A stretch of 64,000 bases of DNA from Eledone cirrhosa (lineage: Eukaryota): positions 320,602,001-320,666,000 of the forward strand of contig OZ024743.1 of assembly GCA_964016885.1 (NCBI GenBank), written 5' to 3'. The notes under the pieces are model-generated. The model did not search any database. It was not told the origin of the DNA and was given only the letters and a program-made list of their open reading frames with translations. Position 1 is the stretch's first letter. Every line of letters starts with the position of its first letter. The translations under genes were made by a program, and so were the position numbers. Below, one piece after another: positions 12,203 through 24,659 of the stretch.

Positions 12203-13025
12203 TAATTTAATATATCTACTAACATAAGCCCACAGATGTACGCTAATGCCAGCAAATACACAGGTTATGTCATAGTACCTAGGTGGTTCAATGCAGGAGA
12301 ATGCAGAACAATAATATATAAGACGTAAAATAAGAAAATTTCTTAAAAAAATTTTTTTTTTTTAAATTAACTTACTTACTTAAATTTTCACTCCAACTAA
12401 TTAGTTTCTGCAATGGGATAAAGACAGTTACGTAATGAACTGTTGAGAATTTCATTGCGTCATCAGGGAGGTCATTCTCAGCCGAGTCTCCAGGCGATGC
12501 GCGGACACTGGGGACTCATATAAAAATATATATTATTGTTCTGCATTCTCCTGCATTGAACCACCTAGGTACTATGACATAACCTGTGTATTTGCTGGCA
12601 TTAGCGTACATCTGTGCGCTTATGTTAGTAGATATATTAAATTATCTATATTTATCTCCAAATCACTGATTTGACGAGAAAACCTGCCAAAACCACTTCT
12701 AAAAAATTTTTTTTGGGGGGTGTTAGTAGGCGTCTGTCATCTTACCATCCCATTCCTACTAACTAGCCTCTGTGTCACGTGATTGATTCTTTAGAATCGG
12801 CCATATGATCAGTGGCAGTGAGAATTTTCAGTGGCTGGAATCCAGTCCTCGATAGCTGTTCCAGTTGCCGAATTATTATTATTTTTATATGAGTCCCCAG
12901 TGTCCGCGCATCGCCTGGAGACTCGGCTGAGAATGACCTCCCTGATGACGCAATGAAATTCTCAACAGTCCATTACGTAACTGTCTTTAAAAATTTTTTT
13001 TAAGAAATTTTCTTATTTTACGTCT
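12195..13025. mobile_element. Interleaved inverted repeats (A-B-A'...B'), a Penelope-like pseudo-LTR remnant between (TA)n tracts
   Basis: ~12200-12320 is the reverse complement of ~12528-12650; ~12321-12525 is the reverse complement of ~12885-13025 apart from an internal gap; carries a hammerhead motif. Confidence 0.7.
12391..12470 (-). ncRNA. Minimal type I hammerhead ribozyme motif
   Basis: Minus strand: ctcc-CTGATGA-cgcaatg...cattgca-GAAA-ctaattag-TT-ggag; palindromic stem III typical of Penelope-like element hammerheads. Confidence 0.65.
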
Positions 13026-13060
13026 TATATATATATATATATATATATGTGTGTATATGT

Positions 13061-13113
<53 letters not shown>

Positions 13114-13453
13114 TATATACGGGATAACAAATTATCGTTATAGGTAGTCCACTTAGATGTAGTCCAGTTAGGGTACTCAGAGTAGTGGATAGTATTAACG
13201 CTTGGCTAAGTTTGACTCAACAAGACGTTTCAATAGTGATGCTGCGAGTACGCGGTGATTTCTATGTAGTTTACACTTGGAGTAATAATAGATCAAGAAA
13301 GAAGAGTGACATGGTTTGCTATACAATAAGGGCTCCATTCACATCGCTGACAATTGTTTCTCTGAACTGGTAGGTCTAGATATCGCTACCCGCCTGTTTT
13401 TGCGTCAATCGATCACCAATTCTTTATTATAACCAGTCAATTCTTCTTTCTTG

Positions 13454-13497
<44 letters not shown>

Positions 13498-13547
13498 GAA
13501 AGGTATAGAAAACATTGTAGCAAAAGCCAACAGTATTCCGTAATATA

Positions 13548-14213
<666 letters not shown>

Positions 14214-14235
14214 TTACACAAATATGACCCTCCCC

Positions 14236-14281
<46 letters not shown>

Positions 14282-14417
14282 TGTATAACTATACATTATT
14301 TTGTCAGAGAATTTCTAGCAGGGAAAGTCGTTATACATTAACATTTAGTGCATGCAATTCCATATATCAAGGTGAAGGCATAAATGAATAAATAATTAAT
14401 TATTATATTCTTCTTAC

Positions 14418-14528
14418 CAACAGAACAATCTTTCCCTGAGAATCCACCCTTACATAAGCAAGAGTATGTTTTGCCGCTGTTTTTACAAACTCCTCCATTT
14501 TGGCATGGTTTCGTGTCACAGGGTTCAA
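14418..14528 (-). CDS. Exon: EGF-like domain (VEPCDTKPCQNGGVCKNSGKTYSCLCKGGFSGKDCSV)
   Basis: Acceptor tttgcag, donor gtaaga; 111 nt, phase 1 to 1; six Cys. Confidence 0.92.
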
Positions 14529-14745
14529 CTGCAAATCAATATTTAAATAGATATTAAATATTCTAATCATCAGTTATCAATAAATGCATCGACTGAAAAT
14601 GATCCACATTTTTACAAAGAAATAAACTACGTCCTTGTGAAGAAATTTAACAAATAGAAGAGTGAATCGCAATAAATTAAAAGTTAATGTGTTTTAAACT
14701 AGTTTAAACTAGTTTTAAATAGTTCTTAAGATTATCTTGAATTCC

Positions 14746-14820
<75 letters not shown>
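14746..14820. repeat. (AGT)n microsatellite
   Basis: Direct. Confidence 0.95.
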
Positions 14821-15314
14821 TGTTGTTAATAATGGGTTATTTCCCATTGTTATATAGTGCAATATCTAATAATGGAACTATAGGCTGGTGACAAGACATT
14901 AAATGTATCATCATAATCAGGGCTTTTTGATATGTGTACTTATTATCAGCTATATGATTATTGACGATTTATTTGATAATTTCTTGTGGTTATTTATATT
15001 CTATGTATTAATCTATGTTTTTTGTTAATCCTGTTATTGAAAATTATAATACAACCCCGAGTTTATGGATGACTTTCTATGTCATGTCGTATTGTCATCA
15101 TTTACACGATAACAATGAATCTAATATAAGAAACCATCATTATCAATAGAGTGGATTGGCAGTATCGGTAGAGGGTCGGACGCCATGCTTTGCAGCAAAG
15201 AGATACGGCCCTTTATGGTGTGAGTTCAAATCCTTGCACCTAAACCAGAAACCATTATATTTATTAAGGCTTAGACATAAGTATGTCAATAATTAATTGT
15301 TATGTTCTACTTAT

Positions 15315-15428
15315 CAACAGTACAATCTGTCCCCGACAATACAGCCATATAATAGCAACTGTAAATTTTGACGTTGTTGGTACAAACACCTCGATTTTGG
15401 CATGGTTTCTTGCCACACGGATCAACAA
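15315..15428 (-). pseudogene. EGF pseudoexon (DPCGKKPCQNRGVCTNNVKIYSCYYMAVLSGTDCTV)
   Basis: Paralogue of exon 14418-14528 with the same upstream intron flank; Cys5 changed to Tyr and donor GT changed to AT (ataagt). Confidence 0.8.
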
Positions 15429-15803
15429 CTTCAAATCAATATTTAAATAGATATTAAATAATCATTAGTTATTAATAGCTGTGTTGTGTCAAAATTACAC
15501 ATAGTGAATGTTAATATTTCGATTATTTCTAGAAAATGTATGCTTAATTTAAAACATTTTGAAGACCATACGCTATTGTTTTAAAATAGTGACATTGTCA
15601 CTATTTAAAAACAATAGCGTATGGTCTTCAAAATACTTTTAATTAAGCATACAGCGTATTGCAAAATACACTATATATGCATTCATATATATATCGGTAT
15701 TTCAGAGCACCAATTCTAATTTTCAATTTCTGCTGGGCCGGCGACTGCTCTGTATAATCAGTTCCTGATTATTACTGGAATTCTATAAGAATCCAACACA
15801 CAT

Positions 15804-15899
15804 AATTTTCAGCAAACAGGTGGAGTAGTGAGCTTTGATAAGTACCAAAAAGTACGAAACAGAGCTCTGTCAGTTTATCTCCCCTGTTTGCGGAAAATT
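15804..15899 (+). ncRNA. Type I hammerhead ribozyme, U3:A8 core variant, extended stem I
   Basis: gagct-TTGATAA-gtac[caaaaa]gtac-GAAA-cagagctctg-TC-agttt; flanks aattttc.gcaaacagg and cctgtttgc.gaaaatt pair; predicted cleavage after C15871. Confidence 0.75.
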
Positions 15900-15999
15900 T
15901 AAATAAGTGACATAGTCAGTATTTTAAAACAATAGTGTATGGTCTTCAAAATGATTTTAATTAAGCATACATTGTATTACAAAATACACTATATATACA

Positions 16000-16059
<60 letters not shown>

Positions 16060-16062
<3 letters not shown>

Positions 16063-16690
16063 GGAATGTATAGAAGTGACACACGAGTTGATATACATAA
16101 AAAATAGTCATAAAGGAAAATGAACAGTAGAAAATACTAAAAGGATTCTCTCTCAGAATAACATCATAACATTTAATAACAAAATAGGGATTTCCGCATT
16201 TAATTGTACCGGTTTCAGCATATATGCTTTCTCAACGAGGGAGGGTCATGGGATAGGTGTGGTAGTAATACCAGGGCTATGGTAAGGAAGGGGAAGACGG
16301 AGAAGGGGTGGATGAAGCAGAAGGGGACGACAGGAAGGTGTAGTAGTAATAGTATCACAATTAATAACGGTAATGGGAGCTGTCCGTGGGGTTGACTTAA
16401 AAGATTGAGTGACCTTAGAGTTGACTGAGGAACTAATTGTTTCTAAAAATATATATATTTGTATTTCTGTCTGTAATGCTGTCATTCTTAAATTGACCTG
16501 CAGTGTGAATGTTTCAAAGAGATCTTCCTTAATTTGTCCAAGGTGCTAATTTGAAAGTGTGCCAGCTGCAATTTCGTTTGAAATAGATGCATTTAGAGGG
16601 GATTCGGATTTAGCGATAAAATGTGATTCCTTGATAATGCGCTGGGTGTAGAAAGCGTTGTCTTTAAATGTGTAGAGGGGTAAATTCTGC
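16060..16690 (-). mobile_element. Penelope-like 3' remnant with a degenerate UUGAGAA hammerhead motif at ~16203-16240
   Basis: Minus-strand QRIIKESHFIAKSESPLN resembles a GIY-YIG C-terminus; TTGAGAA-agc[atatat]gct-GAAA-ccgg-TA. Confidence 0.55.
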
Positions 16691-17352
16691 TATGTCAAAA
16701 ACCTTATTAAAAGAAACACTATTGCTACTGTACTACACCAGTCCCTTACCTTCATGTCTTCCTATCACATAGGTTATCTCGATAAGCAATACAATATCTC
16801 ATATTGATCGAATTAAACGAATCTAGAATTCGTTTGCAGCTTAGCTATATTGAAACGTTCATTGAGCCAAGATTAGAAGAACCATGTAAATTATCCTAGT
16901 GAGACGTAGAACAAAATATTGACAAAACAATAAAGAAAATTAAATGTTGTCGTGAACATGCACAGTGTCCCTGTATTGATTATTTGCGGGTTTCTGTAGA
17001 GGGGGCTATTATCATAGGCTAGACGAACGTGTGTAATTTTTCCCTTGATTCTGAAATGTTCACGTCTGTTTTACTTGGGCAAGGAGTTCAGTTAACTATT
17101 TTCCTGTTTCCTCCATGGCAAGCCATCGGGGAAAGAGCATAAGACTAAAATATAAGACTACGATGATCTCCATATAACAATACATACATTATAATACATT
17201 TTAATAATAATAGTATTGATATTATTGCATGTAATAGTCTTAGTACCTGTTACAAGGATTTTAACTCTAAACAGCTCAAATATATTTAAAACACAAAGAC
17301 TAAGACATATGAAACAACAATGTGCTGATGATATGCCGCAACATTTCAGCCG

Positions 17353-19210
17353 CAACATTTAACAGCTGAATTAGAAACTACCGAGCTAAACAGTCACTAC
17401 TCTGTTTCAACGACATCGCTTTACTCAGTTCTCTGAATTTTTATGCAATAGTATCCGCATAACTGTTCCTTATTTTCTTATCCGTCAACGCTTTCCACTT
17501 AATTCTGTAGACGACTTAAAGCTGCCAGATCTGTGGGCTCTCTTGACATTAGTTAGTCTCAAGTTACAAATAACTAGATGGTGATCAATTAACAGTTCAG
17601 CCTCTCTCTTAATATGTACAACCAGCAGAGAATCGAAAAGATCAGAGTCAATAACAACATAATTTTATTTCTATCTCTGATTCCTTTCATACCATGTATA
17701 TTTATGGATGAATGATTGAAGAAGGTGTTCATATTAAGGAGCCAAATACTAGAAAAGAAGTCTAGTAAGGCATAATTAGAATAATTAATTAATCAGAGCT
17801 ATTTATCAAATTAAAAATACGAGTAAATAATAGAGAAAAATATACCTAATTGCATCGCTGGCCGGGCAGCCTCAGTATCGATTATGTGTTTATAATATGC
17901 CGTAACCCTGTAGGGATTACTGAACTAAATATTTTACATCTTTTATGTTCTTTACATCTGATGACGCCGCCAATTGTGTTACGTAATGGTTTGATCAAAC
18001 TAAAATGCGAGGAAATATTAGACAAAAATATACGTATTTTTTCTTCAAAATCCTGACTGCAGTTTCGCCAAATTACTTTGCTGCATAGATGCACTATAGA
18101 AGTGAATGATTACTGAAAAGCAATTAGGCGAAACTGCAGTCTGGACTGTGAAGAAAAATAGGTATATTTTTCTATATTATTTACTCGCATTTTTAGTTTG
18201 ATAAATAGCTCTGATTAATTGATTATTTTAACTCTTTCGGTCATTGAGCAAAACTGGTCAACGCCGGAGCCGTATACACATATACTAGTGCATCTTTCTG
18301 TGCATCTCATTACTATTAGTATATATATGTGTGTGTGTATGTGTGCGCGTGTGTATGCATTTAAAAAATTATATTTTCGTAACGTTGTATGAGAAATATT
18401 TCACACGCCAAAATATAATACAAAATACACTTAGTCAATTTTCAGGAACACTTGTTTCTAGAAGTAAAGCTGTAATGAATCTGAAGGTGCCTGGCCATCA
18501 ACATCGTTTGTGCAGTCGAGAAAATATTAAAGGTATGGCATTTAACTAATTACAGGATCGGAAGACTACTTAGTTTGCATATCATCATCATTTATTCATT
18601 GATTAATTGAATACGTTAAGAGTTCAACGAAGATTATAATTGATTAACCATAATTAAAACCCATGTTAATACTTCAAGGATTATGAGAAGTTCTCTTCTA
18701 GTACCCCATATCCTTCATACGGCTGTACATCCTAATTTCGGGTTATGCAAAGATATGAAGGGAAAATTTATAGATTTTCAAGTAAGTGCTCAAAATATCG
18801 ATACATAATTTCGTACATACCTCCACAAGTTTTTTCAACCAATTTCTTTTCGATTGATTTTAGAACATCAAAGTTGTCGACTGAAAATACATATTCCCTG
18901 CTTGGCGAACTACCAATCGTACTTAACTCAGCTTTTCCAATACCTTTGCCGATTCCAATAGCAAAAACTATCGTGTTCTCTTTTCGTAATTTCCTTGCTG
19001 CCTCAGCTGTTAAGGTTGCATTTTTAGATTTTCCATCAGTTATAACGATAGCAATATTCGGGGCATTTTGTCTATCTCCATTGCTTGCCTTAAAAGCACT
19101 AGTTCTCAAGTAATTAAGAACCTTGTGCGTGTAAGTAGATCCTCTCTTGTAAGGTATTCTATCGATAGCTTTTATTATGTCGTTCTTCGTATAATATTTC
19201 TTCAGGTAAA
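17353..19210. repeat. Segmental duplication copy 1 (VWA exon plus downstream intron), near-identical to 62613-64000
   Basis: Direct sequence match with offset 44790 at the exon; a ~470-bp block (~17605-18077) is absent from the second copy. Confidence 0.92.
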
Positions 19211-19387
19211 ACACATTTGTGGGATTGTAACTGAATTTTACGACTCCAACACGAATGCTGTCGCGACCGATGTCAAAAGAACTCACTATGTCTTTAACAA
19301 AATTCCTCATTTTTTTAAAGTTGTGGAGTTTAACACTACCGGATTCATCCAGCACGAACACAACATCAGCAACTGCGTTATTACAAG
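18821..19387 (-). CDS. Exon: VWA domain (SCNNAVADVVFVLDESGSV...TYTHKVL...IAIVITDGKS...VEKTCG)
   Basis: Acceptor ttttag, donor gtatgt; 567 nt, phase 1 to 1; intact MIDAS DxSxS, T and TDG. Confidence 0.93.
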
Positions 19388-19684
19388 CTAAAAGTAAAAC
19401 ATAAAATATTGCCAAGACATGAAAAAAAACACGATAGTAAAGTTTACATCATTTAGAAAGTAAGATTATAAGTAGCTTTATATTAATATATATGATTGTA
19501 TATATTTTATTGTAATTCATACTATCGTAGAAGATTACGGCAATGTCTATTAAGCAATTATTCTTAAGTATCATTATGATTATAGGGATATTACTGCTGT
19601 AAGTGTGGATGGGTGCTATGGTGACATCAGTAGAACGTCGGACAAAATGCCTTATATGTTATGTTTTCAAATTCTGCTGAGGTC

Positions 19685-20058
19685 GATTCGGTTGTAAACC
19701 TTGCATTTTCAGATTTTCCCTTGTATATAATGATTGCAATATTCAGGACACTTAGCATATCTACGAATCATGGATTAAAATATTTTCTCAAGTAACCAAG
19801 AACCTTGTGTGTGTAGGCACTTCCAATTCGTATGTTATTCTACCGATAACCCTCCTAATATCTCATTGACTTAATATTTATGTTGGTTAAACTTCACTTT
19901 GGTTTGAAAACTCAATGATAGGGCTCCGACTCTAACGCTGTTTTGATTAATATTAAAGATGTTTCCTATCGTCTTTACGAATGACTTTCCTTTCTCTAAT
20001 TTTATCATAATTTCAGTCGTCCAGCACTAATATAATATCAGCTATTGCGTTATCACTA
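19685..20058 (-). pseudogene. VWA pseudoexon with stops and frameshifts
   Basis: Fragments DNAIADIILVLDD, FNINQNSVRVGA, GSAYTHKVLGYLR and NIAIIIYKGKSENA align in order to the live VWA exon. Confidence 0.8.
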
Positions 20059-21899
20059 AATAAAAGTGGAAATTAAATGCAAGAACATGTTTAATTGTAA
20101 AGAAAAAGAAAGATGTCGATGGCGGTCAATTGGCAAAATTGATAATGCACTGTGCCTTAATCAGAAACCGTTACTTTTTTTAATCTCTTTATATTCTTAA
20201 GTGAATAACCTCAAGGTCAAATTTCCTGTTCAACATTTCAAGGTCGATAAATAAAGTACCACGAAATGGCTGATGTCGAATTTGTTGCATTATTCTACCT
20301 ATAAAACTGTGTCCCTGTGTCTAAATTATTAACCATTAAAATTTGCTTCGAATTGATAATGCCTTGCCCATGGTGTGAGCTGTTCCTAGCAGTGTTTTTC
20401 TGTGGAAAGATTATTGCCCTGTGCACCCTAGTACAGCGTCAATGTTTTGTTGTTATTTTTAACATACAGCAGTGTTTTTACACTACATATTGTATAGTGA
20501 CAGTTGTTTCACTATTTTTCTAGCAATATTTTGGTCAGTAGTAATTTCAATATATATTAGTGTACACGTGTGGGTTTGTTAAATCTTTGACTATTTTATT
20601 TTGATAGTTTGCCTTGATTTCATTTTCTGTTTTTTATGGGCATATTCCAGAGGTTTTTCGCCAAGCTGATGTCATATACCGTGTTTAGTATATTTTTATA
20701 CTGCTTCTTGTCCAGTTTCATGAAGATTTGTCATACTGTCCAGTGCATATGGTTGTCAATTGGAGCATACTCGTGTATATATTCAGAATTGGGAAGAACC
20801 GGGCCTTCAGAGGTAATGGAGTCAACAGTAATGCTTGTACGTTCTCCATTTAGTTTTAGGATCCGTTTTTATTATTCTATTCTCATAGTTCTTCATGACC
20901 AAACTTTCGCTTCATGAACTAGTACTTCCGTTTTTGTTTTGACCCTGAAGCATCTGAGCCTTTCCTGGCATACAAGTTGATATCATTTTCTTCTGACACG
21001 CCTTACCAAATATTGGCCATGGTATTGTCTATCCCAGCCTGTCTTCGATTCTAGCTTATTAGACATGTCGACTCTAACGGCACTCTCGAAGTGAATGTTG
21101 ATAACAACGTAGATATATTTGACATCAGAGGTTTTGCTGACATCTGCGTAATAGATATTAAGACAAACCATAGCTTATTGCTACTATATTGCCATCAGTT
21201 GAGGCTCCGGAAATTGTCACAAATTAAGCAAGGCAATATGTCCCACTACTTCATCATTATCAGCAGTAATGGCCAGGGGCAAGTAGCATCCAGCAGTAGA
21301 AATGTCCAAGCTACCAGTGTCTTTTCAGTGAGAACTTAAAAATGGGTCTTCCGAATCATCATAATGAGTCAATGAGGTTAAAATATAACTTGTTTACAGA
21401 ACGTGAAACAACGTGAATAGAAAAGAGTGAAAAAAAAAATGGTCGACCATTTCTACACACCCGCGGTTTCAACACCCAGAACACAATCTCAAACAAAACC
21501 CACTGGACTCTCGAATTACTTTAACTTGAGAGCTAGCCTAACGTGAAATTGCCATAGCATCTTAAGGAAAGTGACGAAACATTAAACTGATGTGGCAGGT
21601 AAAATGACCCTTATAAGGAAGCAGATTTGATGAAGAAAACAGCAACTTTCTAGCCACGAATTGAGATCCTCTTTCTAAAGTTGGAGAGCAATTATAGTCA
21701 GCATTGAGGCTGTTGATAAAGAAATGTTTTTTTTTTATGTGCGTGGTTTGACTGTAACAATGCCAGGATTGAATATTGAATGGGATGTTGGATATACGGA
21801 TGGATGGATTGATAAATTGATAAATAGATAGAAAGACAGATATTTAGATAGATAGATAGATAGATACGAACTTTATGTAGCTATACCGGACATTTCTCC

Positions 21900-22460
21900 T
21901 ATCTCCTCGAGGCGATCTACTGCAACTGGCTACAGAACGGGAGAATTTCCTGTTCTGTGACCAAGGGCGTAGTCTCGCTAGTGAGGAAGGACGAGAATAA
22001 GGGGGATGAAATAAGTAATTTCAGGCCCATAACTCTGCTAAATGCGGAGTTAAAGATTTTGGCCAAGGTGTTAGCAAAGAGGTTGGCGATTGTCGTGGGC
22101 AACCTGGTGGGAGATGCGCAGACATGCGCTATCCCGTCCAGGTCCATTCACGACAACCTCCACCTCATGCCATACATCATAAAGAGGGTAGTGAATGAAC
22201 CCGGCTTTGGTGGTGCCCTGATCAACTTAGATGAATCTAAGGCGTTCGATTGGGTCGACCATGGTTAACTGGATGCGGTGCTAGCGGCGGCAGGTTTCGG
22301 ACCCGTTTTCAGAGGCTAGATCACTGCCATGCACAGCAGCCGCATCTGCTGTAGAGTCAAGGTGAATGGGTACCTCTCGAAGCCGTTCGAAATGACGCAG
22401 TCCATCCGACAAGGGTGCCCGCTCTCCTCCCTTCTGTATGTATTGGCCTTGATTCTGAAA
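21900..22460 (+). mobile_element. L1/Tx1-clade reverse transcriptase fragment (pseudogenised)
   Basis: NFRPITLLNAELKILAKVLAKRL, INLDESKAFDWVDH and RQGCPLS motifs; stop codon after VDHG. Confidence 0.85.
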
Positions 22461-22874
22461 CATTCACGGCTGTCTCCCTTGGGCAAGGAGTTGAGTGAAC
22501 TATTTTCCTGTTTCCTCCATGGCAAGCCATCGAGGAAAGAGAATAACACTAAAATATAAGCATACGGTGATCTCCATATAACAAAATCTTCCCTATGATA
22601 CATTTTAATAATAACAGTATTGATATTATTGTATATAATTGTCTGAGTACCTGTGATACATACATATATTTACTTCTGTGAACTTACTACGTCTTTATAC
22701 GTGTCTGAAAAATAATATGATTTTATATTTCTGTCCATTTTATCCTCCATATTTTCTCAACATTGTCTGGACTGTCGAGTGATAACATGACTTTATACAC
22801 ATATGATGATGTATAGCTGATATTTTATATATCAAGGAGAATAATATTGATATTAAAATGTAATATTTTCTCAC

Positions 22875-22985
22875 ATCCAGAACAATCTTTCCCTGTAAAT
22901 CCATTCAGACATTTACATGTGTAAGATGAACCATTCGGTTGGCAACTTCCTCCATTTTTACATGGTTTCTTGAAACATGGATCAA
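22875..22985 (-). CDS. EGF exon copy 11 (VDPCFKKPCKNGGSCQPNGSSYTCKCLNGFTGKDCSG)
   Basis: ttacag acceptor, gtgaga donor; 111 nt, phase 1 to 1. Confidence 0.9.
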
Positions 22986-24315
22986 CTGTAACATCAAATT
23001 TATGTAATGAAAGATTTGCTTTGATGATTTGTGTTCGAATTTCTGTTTAAGATGATGTTGAATATTTAAGATATATGAACTGAACAGCATATCTGTAGGA
23101 TTGATAATTTATTATAACCTTATTACTTAAAATATAAGATTATTACAGATTAACTAACATTTCTAATTAGTTAATCAGGCTATACATTGCATTTACCCTG
23201 TTATGTAAAGTAGATTAGCCGACTCTTATTTGCGTTTTTGATAGATAAATACTGCTTCTCATTCCATGGACAGATTTCGGGCATTGTGTACTAGATAAAA
23301 CGTCTGTAAAATCTCGAAACAAGTCAGATCGATCTAATAATTTCTGACTACAAAGAGATTTGAACTATGGTAAGCCATTTTCTTTACTTTTCATAACAGA
23401 CCTAAAATAGTATCTTTGTTAACTTATATATGTATATAACTTATATTTCGAATGATAAAATCTTTGTAGGGAACAAATAAATACAGACCTAAATGTCGTA
23501 TTGCTGATAGAAATGATTGAAATGTAACCAATGGTAAAGTTTTCAAAAACAAAAACTAACTTTAAATCAACTATGATACAGAAGATCATAAGAGAAGCTA
23601 TATATTTTCATACGAGTGTCATTAAATAGTATACCAACAGCAACAACAACAACAAAAACTAATAAAACTAAGAGGAAATACATTTGAAATACGATGTTTT
23701 CACTTTTTAATTATTTCAAATGTCTATATTTAGAAAATGAAAATGTTTATTGAAAGTTTAAAAGAAAAACATTTGAGCAAAATCTAAAATAAGTGTATAT
23801 ATTTGTATTTCTTCGCTGGTAGCAGTCAGGGGACTGCAGTGATAATTTGACATAATGTTTAAGGTTCGTTTAGTCTATTGTGACCAGTCCACTAATTTGA
23901 TTGGACTTTCATTCCACACAATTCCCCCGCTCTCTCTCTCTATATATATATATAAACAGGGAGAAAAAGACGATTATTAGGAGGAAAACTATATTTTTTT
24001 ACTTTATATATATATATATAGTGTAAGATAGTAATATGGACGTAAATAAGAGAAGAAACCCCTCATCAGCTGTTAACTGCGATCATAGATGTTTTGGCAC
24101 TTAGAACAGTACATCGAAATCGATCAGCAGCGCGCCCATGGCCTTTTATCTATCAAAAGGCCGCCGTGAGGGAAAAAGAGAAAAATAGTGAAGAGAGAGG
24201 AAGAAAGAGAAAAAGGAAATAGGCAAAAAAGAAGTAAACAAACCGAGTGATGTATAGCTAATATTTGATATATCAAGGAGAATAATATTGATATCAAAAT
24301 GTAATATTTTCTCAC

Positions 24316-24426
24316 CTCCAGAACAATCTTTCCCTGTAAATCCATTCAGACATTTACATGTGTAAGATGAACCATTCGGTTGGCAACTTCCTCCATTTTT
24401 ACATGGCTTCTTGAAACATGGATCAA
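24316..24426 (-). CDS. EGF exon copy 10 (NGSSY, LNG)
   Basis: Intact splice sites, 111 nt, six Cys. Confidence 0.9.
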
Positions 24427-24659
24427 CTGTAAAATCAAATTTATGTAATGAAAGATTTGCTTTGATGATTTGTGTTCGAATTTCTGTTTAAGATGATGTT
24501 GAATATTTAAGATATATGAACTGAACAGCATATCTATAGGATTGATGTTATGTGCATGTATATATAATAATATTTCGGTTATACAGATAAACATATATAT
24601 AATAGCAAGTATACATGGTCATGTTTGTTTACAACGAGGATTTTAACTCTAAACAGTGC

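Noticed and set aside
17945-18145. Hammerhead halves (CTGATGA at ~17948; GAAActgcagTC at ~18130 and inverted at ~18055)
   Set aside because: The pieces are rearranged and stem I does not pair, so no complete ribozyme can be drawn; treated as Penelope-like debris
22688-22704. Possible 17-nt microexon on - (tttttcag...gtaagt)
   Set aside because: The length is not a multiple of 3 and inclusion would frameshift the VWA exon to an early stop; no support without RNA data
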